From Basidiobolus meristosporus CBS 931.73 (Eukaryota; Fungi; Basidiobolomycota): a stretch of DNA of 64,000 bases. The translations under genes were made by a program, and so were the position numbers. Location of the stretch: assembly GCA_002104905.1 (NCBI GenBank), contig MCFE01000160.1, positions 1 through 64,000 of the forward strand. The letters run 5' to 3'. Shown here piece after piece: positions 63,601 through 64,000 of this stretch; positions within the stretch are counted from its first letter, which is position 1, and the number at the start of each line of letters is the position of its first letter. The notes beneath the pieces are model-generated. The model saw nothing but the letters and a program-made list of their open reading frames with translations, was not told the origin of the DNA and ran no database searches.

Positions 63601-64000
63601 ACTCAGAAGGTACTCTCCAGAAGAATGATAAGATGGAGTGAATATATTCAGCAATTTGGCTTGGAGACTGTCTACTGCCCTGGGAAAAACAACATGGTTG
63701 CGGATGCCTTATCAAGACCAGACCAACTTGAACAACTCAACTTGGTGCATTACCAAAGTACATGGAGGACCAAGCCATTCCTTCTGAGGTGAATGTAGAG
63801 AGCAAGCATATAATCTGGAATGAAAACAGCAAATTTATAGTACCAGAAGAAACACTCCATCAAATAGCTGATGAACGCCCTGTTACCTATTGCCCTTATG
63901 TTGCTTGCCTGGACTTAGTACATAAGCTACACAATGGATATGGACATCCCAGCACCAAAGAGACCTAAAGCCTTGTGAAAACCAGAGCATAGTGGCCCAG
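60696..64000 (+). mobile_element. Ty3/Gypsy element remnant: putative LTR 60696-60922, PBS 60924-60932, gag, PR, RT, RH and start of IN (runs off the window)
   Basis: gag WFFQIE..AATYLADAALQW; PR MIDSGA; RT EYIDVFPDE, KCEF..YLGHIV; RH TDASDYAIG..NYPVHGKEMLAIIH..NMVADALSR; IN HNGYGHP. Confidence 0.88.
62372..63068. mobile_element. Solo LTR of a further family (697 bp) inserted in the Gypsy RT
   Basis: TGTTGT...ACAACA with TSD CCTGG (62367-62371 and 63069-63073). Removing it restores the reading DYLGHIVTSTGV. Confidence 0.9.

Noticed and set aside
27800-64000. RIP as the cause of TE decay
   Set aside because: LTR-pair differences are not dominated by C-to-T transitions; CpG loss is better explained by methylation.

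Overview
Eukaryotic (fungal) genomic DNA with GT-AG introns, split into two very different halves. An early-diverging lineage is my inference from protein divergence and intron style; I cannot name the species. About 1-27.5 kb is gene-dense and roughly 50% GC. It holds an orphan membrane ORF, a 4xCBS protein, TRM44, PEX2, DTD1, aspartate kinase HOM3, an MFSD5-type molybdate transporter, a His-rich orphan, a FYRN/FYRC protein, ATG18, a BUR1/CDK9 kinase and a HAPSTR1-like protein. About 27.8-64 kb is an AT-rich, CpG-depleted field of degenerate transposons. It is dominated by one ~4.7 kb Ty1/Copia family with ~349 bp LTRs that has repeatedly inserted into copies of itself; several 5-bp TSDs can be read directly. 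The field also contains solo LTRs of other families, a CACTA-type transposase remnant, an unclassified repeat and a Ty3/Gypsy remnant. Top leads: (1) the Copia family is Ty5-like, with a half-tRNAiMet PBS and an integrase C-terminal L(I/T)SSPP motif resembling the Ty5 LDSSPP targeting domain, and forms a self-nested cluster that may mark heterochromatin or a centromere; (2) a fungal HAPSTR1-like gene. Exon boundaries, TSDs and counts were read by eye; family assignments come from remembered motifs, not database searches.
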